A DNA stretch of 64,000 nucleotides, taken from contig OZ244048.1 in assembly GCA_965215265.1 (NCBI GenBank), positions 224,001-288,000 of the forward strand. Reading direction: 5' to 3'. This stretch comes from Candidatus Poribacteria bacterium (GTDB taxonomy: Bacteria > Poribacteria > WGA-4E > WGA-3G). This document shows positions 19,912 through 31,300 of this stretch, one piece after another. Under the pieces are notes generated by a model. That model saw nothing but the letters and a program-made list of their open reading frames with translations. It was not told the DNA's origin and ran no database searches. Made by a program: the position numbers and the translations under genes. Position 1 is the first letter of the stretch, and each line of letters starts with the position of its first letter.

Positions 19912-22896
19912 ATGGTTTCACAATCCACATTCGCACATCGTCATATAGGCCCACGCCCGGAAGAGATTCAGGAGATGTTAGCCACCCTCGGTTACACTTC
20001 CATGAAAGCCTTTATTGAAAATGTGGTTCCGGCAGATATTCGCCTTACCGAGCCACTCGCGTTAGAGTTAGATGAACTGTGTGCTAATGCCTTCCCCCTT
20101 TCAGAATCCGAGATGCTTGCTGCATTAAAGCAGCTTGCTTCTCATAACCAGATCTACCGTTCCTTTATCGGCATGGGCTACTATAACTGCATCGTGCCGC
20201 CGGTCATCCAACGAAACGTTCTTGAAAATCCAGCATGGTATACACAATACACGCCGTATCAAGCCGAAATTTCACAAGGACGCTTGGAAGCATTGCTCAA
20301 CTTCCAGACAATGGTGATTGATTTGACAGCACTTCCTGTCACGAATGCTTCACTCTTGGATGAGGCGACAGCTGCCGCTGAAGCCATGGGGCTGTGCCTC
20401 GCTGTAGCAAGTGCGCGTCGTCGTTCGGGTAAAACTGACGGCGGCAATATTTTTTTTGTTTCGCAGACCTGCCATCCACAGACAATAGCTGTGTTAAAAA
20501 CGCGTGCTGAACCGCTCGGTATCCAATTGAAAATCGGAAATCACCTAGATATGAATTCCCATCAACCCATTCTGGGAGCGATTGTGCAATACCCCGGAAC
20601 AGACGGGACAATCTACGACTACAGCGACTTCGCTCAGCAAGTTCATCATCTCGGTGGGTTACTGATCGCCGCCACAGACTTGCTTGCTCTGACGCTTCTG
20701 CGGCCCCCTGGTGAGTTCGGTGCTGACATCGCAATTGGCAGTGCACAACGGTTTGGAGTTCCCCTCGGTTATGGCGGTCCGCATGCAGCATTCCTTTCTA
20801 CCCGCGAAGAACTCAAACGTCGTATTCCCGGGCGTATCGCAGGTGTCTCGCACGATACCACGGGGAAACCTGCTGTCCGCCTCGCACTCCAAACGCGCGA
20901 ACAACATATCCGCCGCGAAAAAGCGACAAGCAATATTTGTACAGCACAAGTACTGCTGGCAGTTATGGCAGGGATGTACGCTGTTTATCACGGTCCTAGC
21001 GGCTTAAAACAAATTGCAGAACGCGTTCACACCTTAACCTACACACTTCGTACAGGACTTGAGAAGCTCAGTTGGAAAACCGGCGATGCTCCTTGTTTTG
21101 ATACAGTCTACATTACAGTCAACCGCCCGGAACTTGTGGAAGAACTTCTCGCGGCGGCACGCGTGAAATTGATAAATCTCCGCAAAATTGATGCAACTCG
21201 CATCGGGATTTCCCTTGACGAAACAACTACATCTACTGATGTTGAGCGGATTCTTGAAATCTTTGCGACAGCTGTCTCTCGTCCAATAAATAGAACTATC
21301 GATTCTGCTACAGCAAAAGAACATATGATTCATAGCCTCGAAAAACACACGAGTATTCATGACATAAGCGTTGATGGTACGAAGATATACAAGAATCAGG
21401 TTCCTACAGCCTTACATCGAGAAACGGCTTATCTCACTCATCCTGTTTTCAATCGGTATCATTCTGAAACGGAGATGCTCCGATACATTCACAAACTCCA
21501 AACGAAAGATCTTTCTTTAGTCCACGCGATGATTCCTCTCGGTTCATGTACAATGAAACTCAATGCGACGGCGGAGATGGTACCGGTGACGTGGCCGGAG
21601 TTCAGCGAACTTCATCCTTTCGTACCTCGCGAGCAGGCGAAGGGTTATCATACATTATTTGAACAGTTGGAAGGATGGTTAGCCGAGATTACCGGGTATA
21701 GCGCGGTATCGCTGCAACCGAATGCCGGTTCACAAGGTGAATATGCTGGACTGTTAGTTATACGCAAATACCACCAGAGCCGAAATGAGGCACGCCGAGA
21801 TGTCTGTTTAATTCCGACATCCGCCCATGGCACAAATCCAGCGAGTGCTGTCATGGCAGGGATGAAAGTTGTAGGGGTTGCATGCGATTCAGATGGCAAT
21901 ATAGACCTAACTGATTTACGGCAGAAAGCAGAGATACATCGTGACAGGCTCGCTGCTGCGATGATTACCTACCCTTCAACGCACGGAGTCTTTGAAAAAC
22001 GGATTCGCCTTCTTTGCAATATTGTTCATCAGGCAGGGGGGCAAGTCTACATGGACGGCGCCAATCTCAACGCGCTTGTCGGGCTTAGCCGTCCAGCGGA
22101 TATCGGGACCGATGTATGTCATCTCAATCTTCATAAAACGTTCTGCATTCCCCATGGCGGCGGCGGGCCTGGAATGGGACCCATTGGGGTTGCATCACAT
22201 CTCAAGCCGTTTTTGCCAACGCATCCGATTATCTCTATAGAAGAGAACCCTCAAGGAATTGGCCCCGTTTCCGCAGCCCCGTGGGGGAGCGCTAGCATCC
22301 TCCCGATTTCTTGGACATACATCGCCATGATGGGCGCAGCAGGGTTGAAAACAGCAACTGAAGTAGCAATTCTCAATGCGAATTACCTTGCCGCCCGTTT
22401 GGCAACGTACTATCCTATCCTTTATACAGGAAAAAGCGGACGGGTTGCTCATGAATGCATCATCGATTTGCGGGACTTTAAGAAAACAGCAGACATAGAT
22501 GTCACTGATGTCGCGAAACGCCTCATGGACTATGGGTTCCACGCACCCACTGTATCTTGGCCAGTCCTTGGCACAATGATGATTGAACCGACGGAAAGCG
22601 AATCAAAAACCGAATTGGAACGGTTCTGTGATGCCCTTATTTTGATACGACAGGAGATTGCCGATATTGAGACTGGCATCGCTGACCGGCAAAATAATGT
22701 ACTCAAAAACGCACCCCACACTATAGGGGCAGTCACCGCGACAGACTGGCATCATCCGTACACGCGCGAAGCAGCCGCGTTTCCAGCCCCGTGGGTACGC
22801 GAACATAAATTTTGGCCCGCTGTCACACGTATTAATGAAGTCCATGGGGATAGGAATCTTATCTGTAGCTGCCCATCACTTGATGAATACTCTTAA
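19912..22896 (+). CDS. gcvP: Glycine dehydrogenase (single-chain P protein)
   Basis: [41 protein letters not shown]. Confidence 0.97.
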   Translation: MVSQSTFAHRHIGPRPEEIQEMLATLGYTSMKAFIENVVPADIRLTEPLALELDELCANAFPLSESEMLAALKQLASHNQIYRSFIGMGYYNCIVPPVIQRNVLENPAWYTQYTPYQAEISQGRLEALLNFQTMVIDLTALPVTNASLLDEATAAAEAMGLCLAVASARRRSGKTDGGNIFFVSQTCHPQTIAVLKTRAEPLGIQLKIGNHLDMNSHQPILGAIVQYPGTDGTIYDYSDFAQQVHHLGGLLIAATDLLALTLLRPPGEFGADIAIGSAQRFGVPLGYGGPHAAFLSTREELKRRIPGRIAGVSHDTTGKPAVRLALQTREQHIRREKATSNICTAQVLLAVMAGMYAVYHGPSGLKQIAERVHTLTYTLRTGLEKLSWKTGDAPCFDTVYITVNRPELVEELLAAARVKLINLRKIDATRIGISLDETTTSTDVERILEIFATAVSRPINRTIDSATAKEHMIHSLEKHTSIHDISVDGTKIYKNQVPTALHRETAYLTHPVFNRYHSETEMLRYIHKLQTKDLSLVHAMIPLGSCTMKLNATAEMVPVTWPEFSELHPFVPREQAKGYHTLFEQLEGWLAEITGYSAVSLQPNAGSQGEYAGLLVIRKYHQSRNEARRDVCLIPTSAHGTNPASAVMAGMKVVGVACDSDGNIDLTDLRQKAEIHRDRLAAAMITYPSTHGVFEKRIRLLCNIVHQAGGQVYMDGANLNALVGLSRPADIGTDVCHLNLHKTFCIPHGGGGPGMGPIGVASHLKPFLPTHPIISIEENPQGIGPVSAAPWGSASILPISWTYIAMMGAAGLKTATEVAILNANYLAARLATYYPILYTGKSGRVAHECIIDLRDFKKTADIDVTDVAKRLMDYGFHAPTVSWPVLGTMMIEPTESESKTELERFCDALILIRQEIADIETGIADRQNNVLKNAPHTIGAVTATDWHHPYTREAAAFPAPWVREHKFWPAVTRINEVHGDRNLICSCPSLDEYS
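21345..21392 (+). repeat. Repeat-family segment in frame within gcvP
   Basis: 46/48 nt identical to intergenic 38908-38955. Confidence 0.9.
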
Positions 22897-22934
22897 AAAC
22901 AGAATTATCTCTCATCAATTCGGTTATGAATAAT

Positions 22935-23300
22935 GTGGCAGGATAAGGTATGGCAGGATAGGTATTCCCAATGGGTGGCGAGTAAAAGGTAGTTTATAGA
23001 TGGCAGGGATAAGATAATCTTCTCTCATGGACAGAGAAAGAAAACCGAACCCCGCCAAAAGTTATCAGCGGTGAAGAAAATGATATTTAGAGACAATACA
23101 TCAAGAGGCTCCGACGAGATTTTCACAGTCATTGACAATACATAATGCGTTATCGGGCTGAAATATGCAAAAAAAACGAGATTTTCACAGTTATTGACAA
23201 TACATAATGCGTTATCGGGCTGAAATATGCAAAAAAACGAGATTTTCACAGTTATTGACAATACATAATGCGTTATCGGGCTGAAATATACAAAAAAACG
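22935..23300. repeat. Mosaic repeat including 3 tandem 61-62 bp units (23114-23297)
   Basis: ACGAGATTTTCACAGT(C/T)ATTGACAATACATAATGCGTTATCGGGCTGAAATAT(G/A)CAAAAAA x3. Confidence 0.92.
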
Positions 23301-23305
23301 AAAAA

Positions 23306-24712
23306 ATGAAAGCAATAATCATAGGTGCCGGAGAAGTTGGTTTTCATATTGCCAAACTCCTAACCCTTCAAAGTAATGATGTCGTCCTGATTGACGAATC
23401 TGAGGAAGCTTGTCAGCGGGTAGATGAACAATTGGATCTGCTTTCACTTCGTGGCTCGGGTGCCTCGCCGCACCTACTCAAAGCAGCTGGCATTGATGAA
23501 GCAGAAATCCTCATTGCTGTTACCAACAGAGATGAAATCAATATACTCGCTTGTCAAATAGCCTCAAGATACAATGTAGAGATCAAAATCGCCCGCGTTT
23601 CAAATCCAGACTATTTCTCCTCAGAAAGTGAATTCACACCTGCTGATTTCGGCATAGACCTGCTGGTTAATCCAGAGGAACTGTGTGTCGCGGAATTTTT
23701 CCGTTTACTAAAGATACCCGAAGCCAGAGAAATTGTCGAATTTGAAGATGGGCGCATCCAACTCGTGTCCTTCCGCGTTAAACAGTCCAATCCGTTCATC
23801 GGAAAATCCCTCGCCGAATTGGATAAAAATGGCATGTTAACTGATATCCGATTCGCAGCAATTAGCCGCCGGAGAGGGGCAAACGGAACAGGGGCGCAGC
23901 AAACTTCGCGCCGGAACATCATCATCCCTAGAGGCACCGATGTTTTGCAACAAGGCGATGATGTATTTGTTATAGGCAGTGCTATTGCTGTTGAGCAGCT
24001 CCTCCGCATCAGCGGTATTCTGTTTAACCAACACCTTGAGCGGGTAATCATTGTTGGAGGAAGTGCAATTGGTATACAGCTCGCTCGCAAATTAGAAAAA
24101 AATCACACGGATGTCAAACTTATTGAAGCCGAGCCAAAGAGAGCTGAATTGGCCTCTGAAAACTTGAAACACACAACGGTTTTACATGGCAACTATCTCC
24201 AATTCCGGCTTTTGGAAGAAGCTGGAGTGGCGGATGTAAACGGCTTTGTTGCTGTCACGGGTGATGATGAAAATGACATTATGGCGTGTATGACAGCGAA
24301 AGAGAACGGTGCGCACCGCGTTCTCGCCCTTATCCAACAACCCCGCTACCTCCCACTGCTCGCACGCATCCCACGTCTTGATGGCGCCGTCAGCAGACAT
24401 CTCTCTGTCGTCAGCAATATCCTACGACTCATTCGACGTGGGAATATTGTCTCTGTCGCCTCGCTTCGTGGAATAGAGGCAGAAGTCATTGAAATTGTCG
24501 CTGGAGTCAACGCTAAAATTGTACACAAAGCACTCGTTTCCTTCAAAACGAAATTTCCGCAAAACGCTTTTATTGGTGCTATAATTCGTCGCAATAAATT
24601 CATTATTCCCCATGGGCAGACCGTCCTACAACCCGCAGATCGAGTCATCGTGTTTTGTATGCCGGATGCTATTCCTATAATAGAAGACCTGTTTGCAGAA
24701 CGGAGAAATTAG
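23306..24712 (+). CDS. trkA: Trk K+ uptake NAD-binding subunit
   Basis: Two RCK Rossmann motifs IIGAGEVG / IVGGSAIG. Confidence 0.93.
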   Translation: MKAIIIGAGEVGFHIAKLLTLQSNDVVLIDESEEACQRVDEQLDLLSLRGSGASPHLLKAAGIDEAEILIAVTNRDEINILACQIASRYNVEIKIARVSNPDYFSSESEFTPADFGIDLLVNPEELCVAEFFRLLKIPEAREIVEFEDGRIQLVSFRVKQSNPFIGKSLAELDKNGMLTDIRFAAISRRRGANGTGAQQTSRRNIIIPRGTDVLQQGDDVFVIGSAIAVEQLLRISGILFNQHLERVIIVGGSAIGIQLARKLEKNHTDVKLIEAEPKRAELASENLKHTTVLHGNYLQFRLLEEAGVADVNGFVAVTGDDENDIMACMTAKENGAHRVLALIQQPRYLPLLARIPRLDGAVSRHLSVVSNILRLIRRGNIVSVASLRGIEAEVIEIVAGVNAKIVHKALVSFKTKFPQNAFIGAIIRRNKFIIPHGQTVLQPADRVIVFCMPDAIPIIEDLFAERRN

Positions 24713-24729
24713 CTTGCACCCAAAAAAAC

Positions 24730-26238
24730 ATGAGTCGCCGCCTAATTTTTTACACCCTCGGTAATTTATTGATTTTCCTCGCAGGAACGATGCTACTTCC
24801 TATGGTAGTTGCTCTCTGCTATGAGGTAGAATCGGGTGACTCTCAAAACGATTTGGGTGCCTTTGCTATCTCTACCGTAATCACCCTCATCGTTGGGCTA
24901 GGGCTGCGCTTCAGTATAAAAAAACGACAGCAAGAACTCAGGATTCGGGAAAGTTTCGCTGTCGTTACATTGGGATGGATAACGGTAGCACTCTTCGGGG
25001 CGTTTCCTTACATGATAGGGAATGTGTTTGAAGCAGAGGGACGCTCCCCCTGGGCAGAATTCTCCTTCTGTTACTTTGAATCTATGTCCGGATTTTCGAC
25101 GACAGGGGCTACCGTCTTAACTGAAATTGAGCATCTCTCTCATTCTATCCTATTCTGGCGGAGCTTCTCGCATTGGCTTGGTGGAATGGGCATCGTTGTC
25201 TTCGCGGTAGCAATCCTGCCCATGCTCGGTGTCGGCGGGATGCAGCTATTTCGTGCAGAGGCACCCGGGCCACAGACAGACCGGCTCACACCACGCATCA
25301 CCCAGACAGCTAAGCTACTTTGGGCGGTTTATGTCCTGGTTTCGGTTGCTGAAACACTCTTACTCATGTTTGGCGGCATGTCTCTCTTTGATGCACTCTG
25401 CCATACCTTTGGTACGATGGCCACCGGCGGATTTTCGACCAAAAACGAGAGCATCGCTTACTACGATAGTGTCTATATTGACTTAGTTATCTGCTTTTTT
25501 ATGTTCATCGCCGGCACCAATTTTGCACTCCATTTTTCTTTTATTCGCGGTAATTTCAAGGCATATCTCCGAGATACAGAGTTCCGTTTCTACTTTACGG
25601 TTATCCTCATCAGCATTGTCATCATCTCCTGGAATACCGTCAAGTTTCAGAATGATGATGGACAGATTCCTTACGATTCAATGTGGCCATCTATACGCCA
25701 CGCTATATTTCAAGTCCTCTCCATCATTACAACGACCGGATACGGTACTGCAGACTTTGAAAAATGGCCCGCCCTTTCTCAATTCGTCCTTGTGACGTTA
25801 ATGTTCTACGGCGGATGCGCAGGCTCCACCGGCGGGGGCATGAAGCAGATACGTTTCCTATTGCTCATTCAGCAGAGCAGGGCTGAAATTAAACGTCTTA
25901 TTTTCCCCCACGCCGTCCTTCCAATTCGTGTGAATGAAAAGGTCGTGCCTTCTGAAGTCATGACAAATGTTCTCGGCTTCTTTTTCTTTTTTATCGGTAT
26001 CTTCGCCATTGTCACATGCATTATGGCAACTCTAGGGATAGACCTCGTCAGCGCTGCCGCTTGTACCATTGCCACAATGGGTAACATCGGCCCCGGCCTC
26101 GGGAGTGTCGGGCCCATGGATAACTACGCACACATCCCCACCATCGGAAAGTTTATCCTATCCTTTTGTATGTTATTGGGGCGCTTGGAACTCTATACTG
26201 TATTAATTCTTTTTTCGCCAAATTTCTGGAGGAAATGA
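24730..26238 (+). CDS. trkH: Trk K+ uptake permease
   Basis: FESMSGFSTTGAT, WLGGMGIV, GSTGGG, LLGRLE. Confidence 0.94.
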   Translation: MSRRLIFYTLGNLLIFLAGTMLLPMVVALCYEVESGDSQNDLGAFAISTVITLIVGLGLRFSIKKRQQELRIRESFAVVTLGWITVALFGAFPYMIGNVFEAEGRSPWAEFSFCYFESMSGFSTTGATVLTEIEHLSHSILFWRSFSHWLGGMGIVVFAVAILPMLGVGGMQLFRAEAPGPQTDRLTPRITQTAKLLWAVYVLVSVAETLLLMFGGMSLFDALCHTFGTMATGGFSTKNESIAYYDSVYIDLVICFFMFIAGTNFALHFSFIRGNFKAYLRDTEFRFYFTVILISIVIISWNTVKFQNDDGQIPYDSMWPSIRHAIFQVLSIITTTGYGTADFEKWPALSQFVLVTLMFYGGCAGSTGGGMKQIRFLLLIQQSRAEIKRLIFPHAVLPIRVNEKVVPSEVMTNVLGFFFFFIGIFAIVTCIMATLGIDLVSAAACTIATMGNIGPGLGSVGPMDNYAHIPTIGKFILSFCMLLGRLELYTVLILFSPNFWRK

Positions 26239-26244
26239 GGAACC

Positions 26245-26886
26245 ATGAAGGCTGATAAACTCCGCAGAGAATACGCAGCCCACGGAGGGCTACTTGAAAA
26301 AGCCGCTGCAAAAAGTCCTTTTGAACAGTTCGAGAAATGGTTCGCAGACGCATGCTCTGCAAAACTGGATCTACCGGATGCTATGACATTGGCCACTGCA
26401 ACGCCAGACGGTATTCCTTCCGCACGAATGGTAGTCCTCAGAGGCTTTGATGAAAACGGTTTCTGTTTCTACACAGATTATGAAAGCCAAAAAGGGAAAG
26501 AACTCGCCGACAACCCACATGCCGCACTCGTTTTCTATTGGCGAGAACTTGACCGGCAAGTCCGGAGCACCGGCACCGTTCAGAAAATGTCTCGCCAAGA
26601 ATCAGATGCTTATTTTGAGAGCCGCCCACTTGGAAGCCGCCTCGCAGTCTGGGCATCGCGCCAGAGCCAGGTCATTACAGCACCAGAAGTGCTTTCCTCA
26701 GGATTCGCATCCGCCCAACAGAGATTTCTGGATGGGCAGATCCCGCGCCCCCCTTATTGGGGAGGCTATCGATTGGTCCCGGACATGTTTGAATTTTGGC
26801 AAGGCTGCCCAAACCGCCTCCACGACCGGCTCTGTTACACGCTGCAACCCCATGGTACATGGCAACTGACGCGCCTCTCACCGTAG
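26245..26886 (+). CDS. pdxH: Pyridoxamine 5'-phosphate oxidase
   Basis: PSARMVVL, EFWQG..RLHDR, RLSP. Confidence 0.95.
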   Translation: MKADKLRREYAAHGGLLEKAAAKSPFEQFEKWFADACSAKLDLPDAMTLATATPDGIPSARMVVLRGFDENGFCFYTDYESQKGKELADNPHAALVFYWRELDRQVRSTGTVQKMSRQESDAYFESRPLGSRLAVWASRQSQVITAPEVLSSGFASAQQRFLDGQIPRPPYWGGYRLVPDMFEFWQGCPNRLHDRLCYTLQPHGTWQLTRLSP

Positions 26887-27335
26887 CTTGAGACGTTGGC
26901 AACCGCACTCACGCTCGGCCAGCCCAATAGCGAAGCTGCCATAATAGAGCTGGGTAACGGTATCATCATCAACCTAACTGTCATAAAAACCTTTTTTTCT
27001 AGATGGGGTAGAACTACCAGCAACGATATAAGTATTCTTTTGCGGGTGCATTTGTAACCTTAATCATACCTCTTATATGTTAAGACCGTAAGAAAAAAAA
27101 TGAGCAAACGTTGACTTTTTTGCATCCGCGCGCCCAATTCGCATTTTTTTTAGCAGAACATGTTGAAACTTGACATTATTTACAAAATATGAGAAACTAT
27201 TAAGTGCATAATAAAAAAACGTTTGGCTAATGTAATCTGGCATCATTTTCTTGGCGGAATTGCACGAACGGTGAAATTTCGTTTGAGGTTTTGATGTAAC
27301 TTTAATCTGTGTAGGAGAGAATAGACAATAAGCCA

Positions 27336-27704
27336 ATGCTAATAGATTATCTTCCGATTTTGTTGCTGGGGCTCTTCGCAGTCCTGTTTGCGGGTGTCAA
27401 TCTCGCACTAACCCATATTCTTGGACCCAAACGGCCGACACGCACCAAACTCTCCGTTTACGAATCTGGTGTTCGCCCGGTCGGGGATGCAAGACAGCGT
27501 TTTACGATTCGTTTTGACCTCATTGCAATGCTGTTTATCATCTTCGACATTGAAGTGGTCTTCCTTTATCCGTGGGCTGTTGTTTTCAAGGATTTCTCTA
27601 AAACCAGTGGATTGTTTATTTTATTTGAAATGTTAGTGTTCATCGGCATTCTCCTCCTGGGCTATATCTATGCTTGGAGGAAAGGAGGCTTAACATGGGA
27701 TTAA
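27336..27704 (+). CDS. nuoA: NADH-quinone oxidoreductase A
   Basis: [25 protein letters not shown]. Confidence 0.95.
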   Translation: MLIDYLPILLLGLFAVLFAGVNLALTHILGPKRPTRTKLSVYESGVRPVGDARQRFTIRFDLIAMLFIIFDIEVVFLYPWAVVFKDFSKTSGLFILFEMLVFIGILLLGYIYAWRKGGLTWD

Positions 27705-28228
27705 ATGTTGGAAATGGTGGTGAGCAGATGGATGGCAACATCCTGACGACTACGATTGATAAGGTAGTGAATTGGGGGCGAAAGAACTCCTTGTGGCCGA
27801 TGCCGTTCGGGACGGCTTGTTGTGCAATAGAAATGATGGCGACTTTAGCTTCCAAGTTCGATCTTTCCCGATTCGGTTCTGAAGCGATCCGGTTCTCGCC
27901 GCGGCAATCTGACTTACTCATCGTGTCTGGGCGGATTTCGATTAAGATGATGCCGGTCCTTAAACGCATCTACGACCAGATGCCAGATCCGAAATGGGTT
28001 ATTTCCATGGGTGCATGTGCTTCGTGTGGCGGCGTTTTTGATACCTATACCTTAATCCAAGGCGTGGACCAGTTTATTCCGGTGGATGTCTATATTCCAG
28101 GATGCCCGCCGCGCCCCGAAGATTTGATTGATGCCGTCATGCAGGTGCAACAGAAAATTACGCGTGGCGAGGTTCCCAAAGGGGTAGCAGGACAAAGCAT
28201 CGGTACAGGCGTGATAGCAGCGCGTTAA
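27695..28228 (+). CDS. nuoB: NADH-quinone oxidoreductase B
   Basis: [22 protein letters not shown]. Confidence 0.96.
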   Translation: MGLNVGNGGEQMDGNILTTTIDKVVNWGRKNSLWPMPFGTACCAIEMMATLASKFDLSRFGSEAIRFSPRQSDLLIVSGRISIKMMPVLKRIYDQMPDPKWVISMGACASCGGVFDTYTLIQGVDQFIPVDVYIPGCPPRPEDLIDAVMQVQQKITRGEVPKGVAGQSIGTGVIAAR

Positions 28229-28243
28229 TTCAGGAGACAATGT

Positions 28244-28774
28244 ATGAATGAGGAACAAACCGTTCTCGTACTTCAGAAACTTCAAGAAAAATACGCTGAC
28301 ATTCTCTTAGCACAGAATGAAACACGAGATGGAGTTGTCGTTGTTGTTAGCAAAGAGAATGCTTACGCACTTTTGGAATACCTAAAAACTGAGCCTGAAC
28401 TTGCGTACACTTATCTTGTTGATGTCACCGCTGTAGACAATTCGCATCTGGAATCTGAATTAGAGCAATTTGACTATGCCCGGTTCATGGTGGTATATCA
28501 ACTCTACTCATACCAGGGCCATGGTCGCGTTCGCATCAAGGTGCCTATCCATGAACGTGACCTGAGTATCCAATCCGTAACGCGCCTCTGGAAGGGCGCG
28601 AACTGGCTTGAACGTGAAACGTACGACATGTTTGGCATCAAATTTGATGGACATCCGGATCTCCGGCGGATTTTAATGCCTGACGATTTTGATGGCTACC
28701 CGCTCCGTAAGGATTATCCGCTCCGCGGCCGCGGTGAGCGAGAGAGTTTTAATTTTGAGACGCAAAATGTCTAA
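28244..28774 (+). CDS. nuoC: NADH-quinone oxidoreductase C
   Basis: [29 protein letters not shown]. Confidence 0.95.
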   Translation: MNEEQTVLVLQKLQEKYADILLAQNETRDGVVVVVSKENAYALLEYLKTEPELAYTYLVDVTAVDNSHLESELEQFDYARFMVVYQLYSYQGHGRVRIKVPIHERDLSIQSVTRLWKGANWLERETYDMFGIKFDGHPDLRRILMPDDFDGYPLRKDYPLRGRGERESFNFETQNV

Positions 28775-28785
28775 AGGAGGAGAAC

Positions 28786-29982
28786 ATGCACGCTGATATG
28801 GAGCGGGCAACCGGTGAGAAGATGGTTCTTAACTTCGGCCCGCAGCACCCTGCAACACACGGCACTCTTCGCATTGTGTTAGAACTGGATGGCGAATCAA
28901 TTTTGAAAGCAACTCCGCACCTCGGATATTTACACACCGGGTTTGAGAAACTGGGAGAACACCTGGATTACAATCAGTATATTGTTGTCACTGACCGGAT
29001 GAACTATCTCTCTCCGCTTTCCAATAACTTCGGGTATGTGCTCGCGGTAGAGAAACTCCTCGGTATTGAAGTACCGAAGCGGTGCCAATACATCCGTGTC
29101 TTAATGGCGGAATTGTCCCGACTCGCAGACCATCTGCTCTGGCTGGGGACTGCCGCGCTGGACCTGGGCGCGTTCTCGGTCTTTCTCTACAGTTTCAGGG
29201 AACGCGAGAAATTGTACAGCATTTTTGAGAAAACGACAGGTGCACGGCTTACTACTAGCTACACGCGTGTCGGGGGACTGCTCCGTGATCTTTACGACGG
29301 ATGTGAGGACGATGTTCGGCAGTTCATCACGAATTTCCCCAAAGCGCTAGGGGAGACGCATACCCTCCTCACACGCAATCGTATCTGGATGGATAGGACG
29401 AAGGGCGTTGGCGTAATCTCAGCAGAAGATGCTATTAATTATAGTCTCACCGGCCCATGTCTTCGTGCCACCGGGGTTGAACATGACCTCCGTAAGGCCG
29501 AACCCTACTCTTCTTATGAAGAATTTACCTTTGAGGTGCCTACAGGGACAAATGGTGATGCCTACGATCGCTACTTGGTACGCATGGAAGAAATGATCCA
29601 AAGTTGTCATATTGTACAACAATTGCTGGATAACCTCCCTGAGGGCCCGGTAAACGTAGTGGATAACAAAATCTCGCTGCCTCAAAAGACTGACGCTTAC
29701 GGACACATTGAAGGGTTAATCCATCATTTCAAGATTATCATGGATGGGCACGGTGTACTGCCTCCGAAAGGGGAGTATTATTGTGCTACAGAATCACCTA
29801 ACGGTGAACTCGGATTCTATATTGTTAGCGACGGTAGCGGCACTGGCTATCGCATTCGTATCCGTCCCCCGAGTTTCTTGAATTTCCAAGCACTGCCTCA
29901 CATGTTAGAGGGCGGCATGGTATCTGATACCGTGGCTGTCTTGGGCAGTTTAAACGTCATCGCAGGAGAATTGGATCGGTAG
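28786..29982 (+). CDS. nuoD: NADH-quinone oxidoreductase D
   Basis: GPQHPATHGTLR, GELDR. Confidence 0.96.
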   Translation: MHADMERATGEKMVLNFGPQHPATHGTLRIVLELDGESILKATPHLGYLHTGFEKLGEHLDYNQYIVVTDRMNYLSPLSNNFGYVLAVEKLLGIEVPKRCQYIRVLMAELSRLADHLLWLGTAALDLGAFSVFLYSFREREKLYSIFEKTTGARLTTSYTRVGGLLRDLYDGCEDDVRQFITNFPKALGETHTLLTRNRIWMDRTKGVGVISAEDAINYSLTGPCLRATGVEHDLRKAEPYSSYEEFTFEVPTGTNGDAYDRYLVRMEEMIQSCHIVQQLLDNLPEGPVNVVDNKISLPQKTDAYGHIEGLIHHFKIIMDGHGVLPPKGEYYCATESPNGELGFYIVSDGSGTGYRIRIRPPSFLNFQALPHMLEGGMVSDTVAVLGSLNVIAGELDR

Positions 29983-30168
29983 AATCTGAGCGGTTAACGT
30001 GCCTATCTATACGGAGATTTCCGAATCTGGTAGCACGTTCCAAAGTTCTTTTCAGGTTGACCTTTTTTTTATTTCTGGTAAAATCTTAAATGTTTGGGCA
30101 AAACATCCACTAGAATCGGGTAGACGTGTAAAATGTTATAGCGTCTACTGTCTATAGGAGAGATGTGC

Positions 30169-30510
30169 ATGGAACTTGGCAGCATCATACTTTTTGTCAA
30201 AAACATGAAGGCTGTAATCGCATTTTACAGAGATGTCATCGGGTTACGCCCTGATGACGAGCAGCCGTTCCCGGAACACCGCTTTTTTCGTTTTAATACC
30301 GGGGCATGCAAATTGTGCCTCCATAGCGCAAGTAAACCGAATGAAGGAAGACAAAAGATCGTCTTTCACGTTGAGAGTGTCAATGCCGTTCATCAGGAAC
30401 TGAAGGCGAAGGGGTTGCGATTGCGAAAACTTCAGAATGAAGACGGGCTCGCGTGCTTCGATATTTCTGATCCGGAAGGTAACCGTATTCAGTTTGGCGG
30501 AAAGTACTAG
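30169..30510 (+). CDS. VOC/glyoxalase family protein
   Basis: IILFVKNM..FYRDVIG, DPEGNRIQF. Confidence 0.85.
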   Translation: MELGSIILFVKNMKAVIAFYRDVIGLRPDDEQPFPEHRFFRFNTGACKLCLHSASKPNEGRQKIVFHVESVNAVHQELKAKGLRLRKLQNEDGLACFDISDPEGNRIQFGGKY

Positions 30511-30748
30511 CCAAGCCTTGAACTTCAGAGAGCACGGGTATCAGCCCAAATAACCTGAAAAGAGGAACAAACTCCTGACAAATACATTTACTTTGGACAT
30601 TAGGCCCATTCAGCTCTCGAGGATTCATTCAAACCTACTTAGCGTCATTATTCTAATTGCGCTCTTGACAATTGTCCGGAACAAACCGATGTATTGTTCC
30701 AATGTAAAGCGAAGATAAATTCTGCTAAACGGATGAAGGAAAACATAG

Positions 30749-31267
30749 ATGTCAGATGAAATCATCCAAATCGAGACACCTTTTCGGTTTACCGAAGAAA
30801 ATCAACAGGAATTTGAGGAACTGATCGGGCGTTACCCGGTTAAGGAAGCAGCAATGCTGCCCACACTTCACCTCGCACAAAAGCAGGCAGGCTACATCAG
30901 TCCTGCTGTCATGAACTACGTGGCATCACTTCTGGAGGTGCCCCTGATGAAGGTTAAAGATGTGGTAACGTTCTATCCGATGTTTTTTGAGGAGCCAGTA
31001 GGGCAGTATGTGATTCGGGTATGCCAGACGTTGCCTTGTGCTTTACGTGACTGCAAAGTCGTTTTGGAACATCTAAAGGCGAAACTTGGGACGGATGTCG
31101 CCTCCGAAACAAATCTTGCTAAAGGTACGACTGCGGATGCTAAATTCACCCTCATGAAAGTCGAATGCCTCGCTTCATGCGATGTTGCACCTGTTATCAT
31201 GGTGAACGACGATTTACATAAAAATTTGACCCCCGAAAAAGTTGACGAAATTTTAGATAATCTGTAG
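30749..31267 (+). CDS. nuoE: NADH-quinone oxidoreductase E
   Basis: CQTLPC..CLASC 2Fe-2S ligands. Confidence 0.94.
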   Translation: MSDEIIQIETPFRFTEENQQEFEELIGRYPVKEAAMLPTLHLAQKQAGYISPAVMNYVASLLEVPLMKVKDVVTFYPMFFEEPVGQYVIRVCQTLPCALRDCKVVLEHLKAKLGTDVASETNLAKGTTADAKFTLMKVECLASCDVAPVIMVNDDLHKNLTPEKVDEILDNL

Positions 31268-31300
31268 AAGGAGAGCTCCTGACAATACTGGAGACGATTT

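Noticed and set aside
23114-23297. Possible CRISPR array
   Set aside because: Units are head-to-tail with no unique spacers, belong to the dispersed repeat family, and no cas genes are present.
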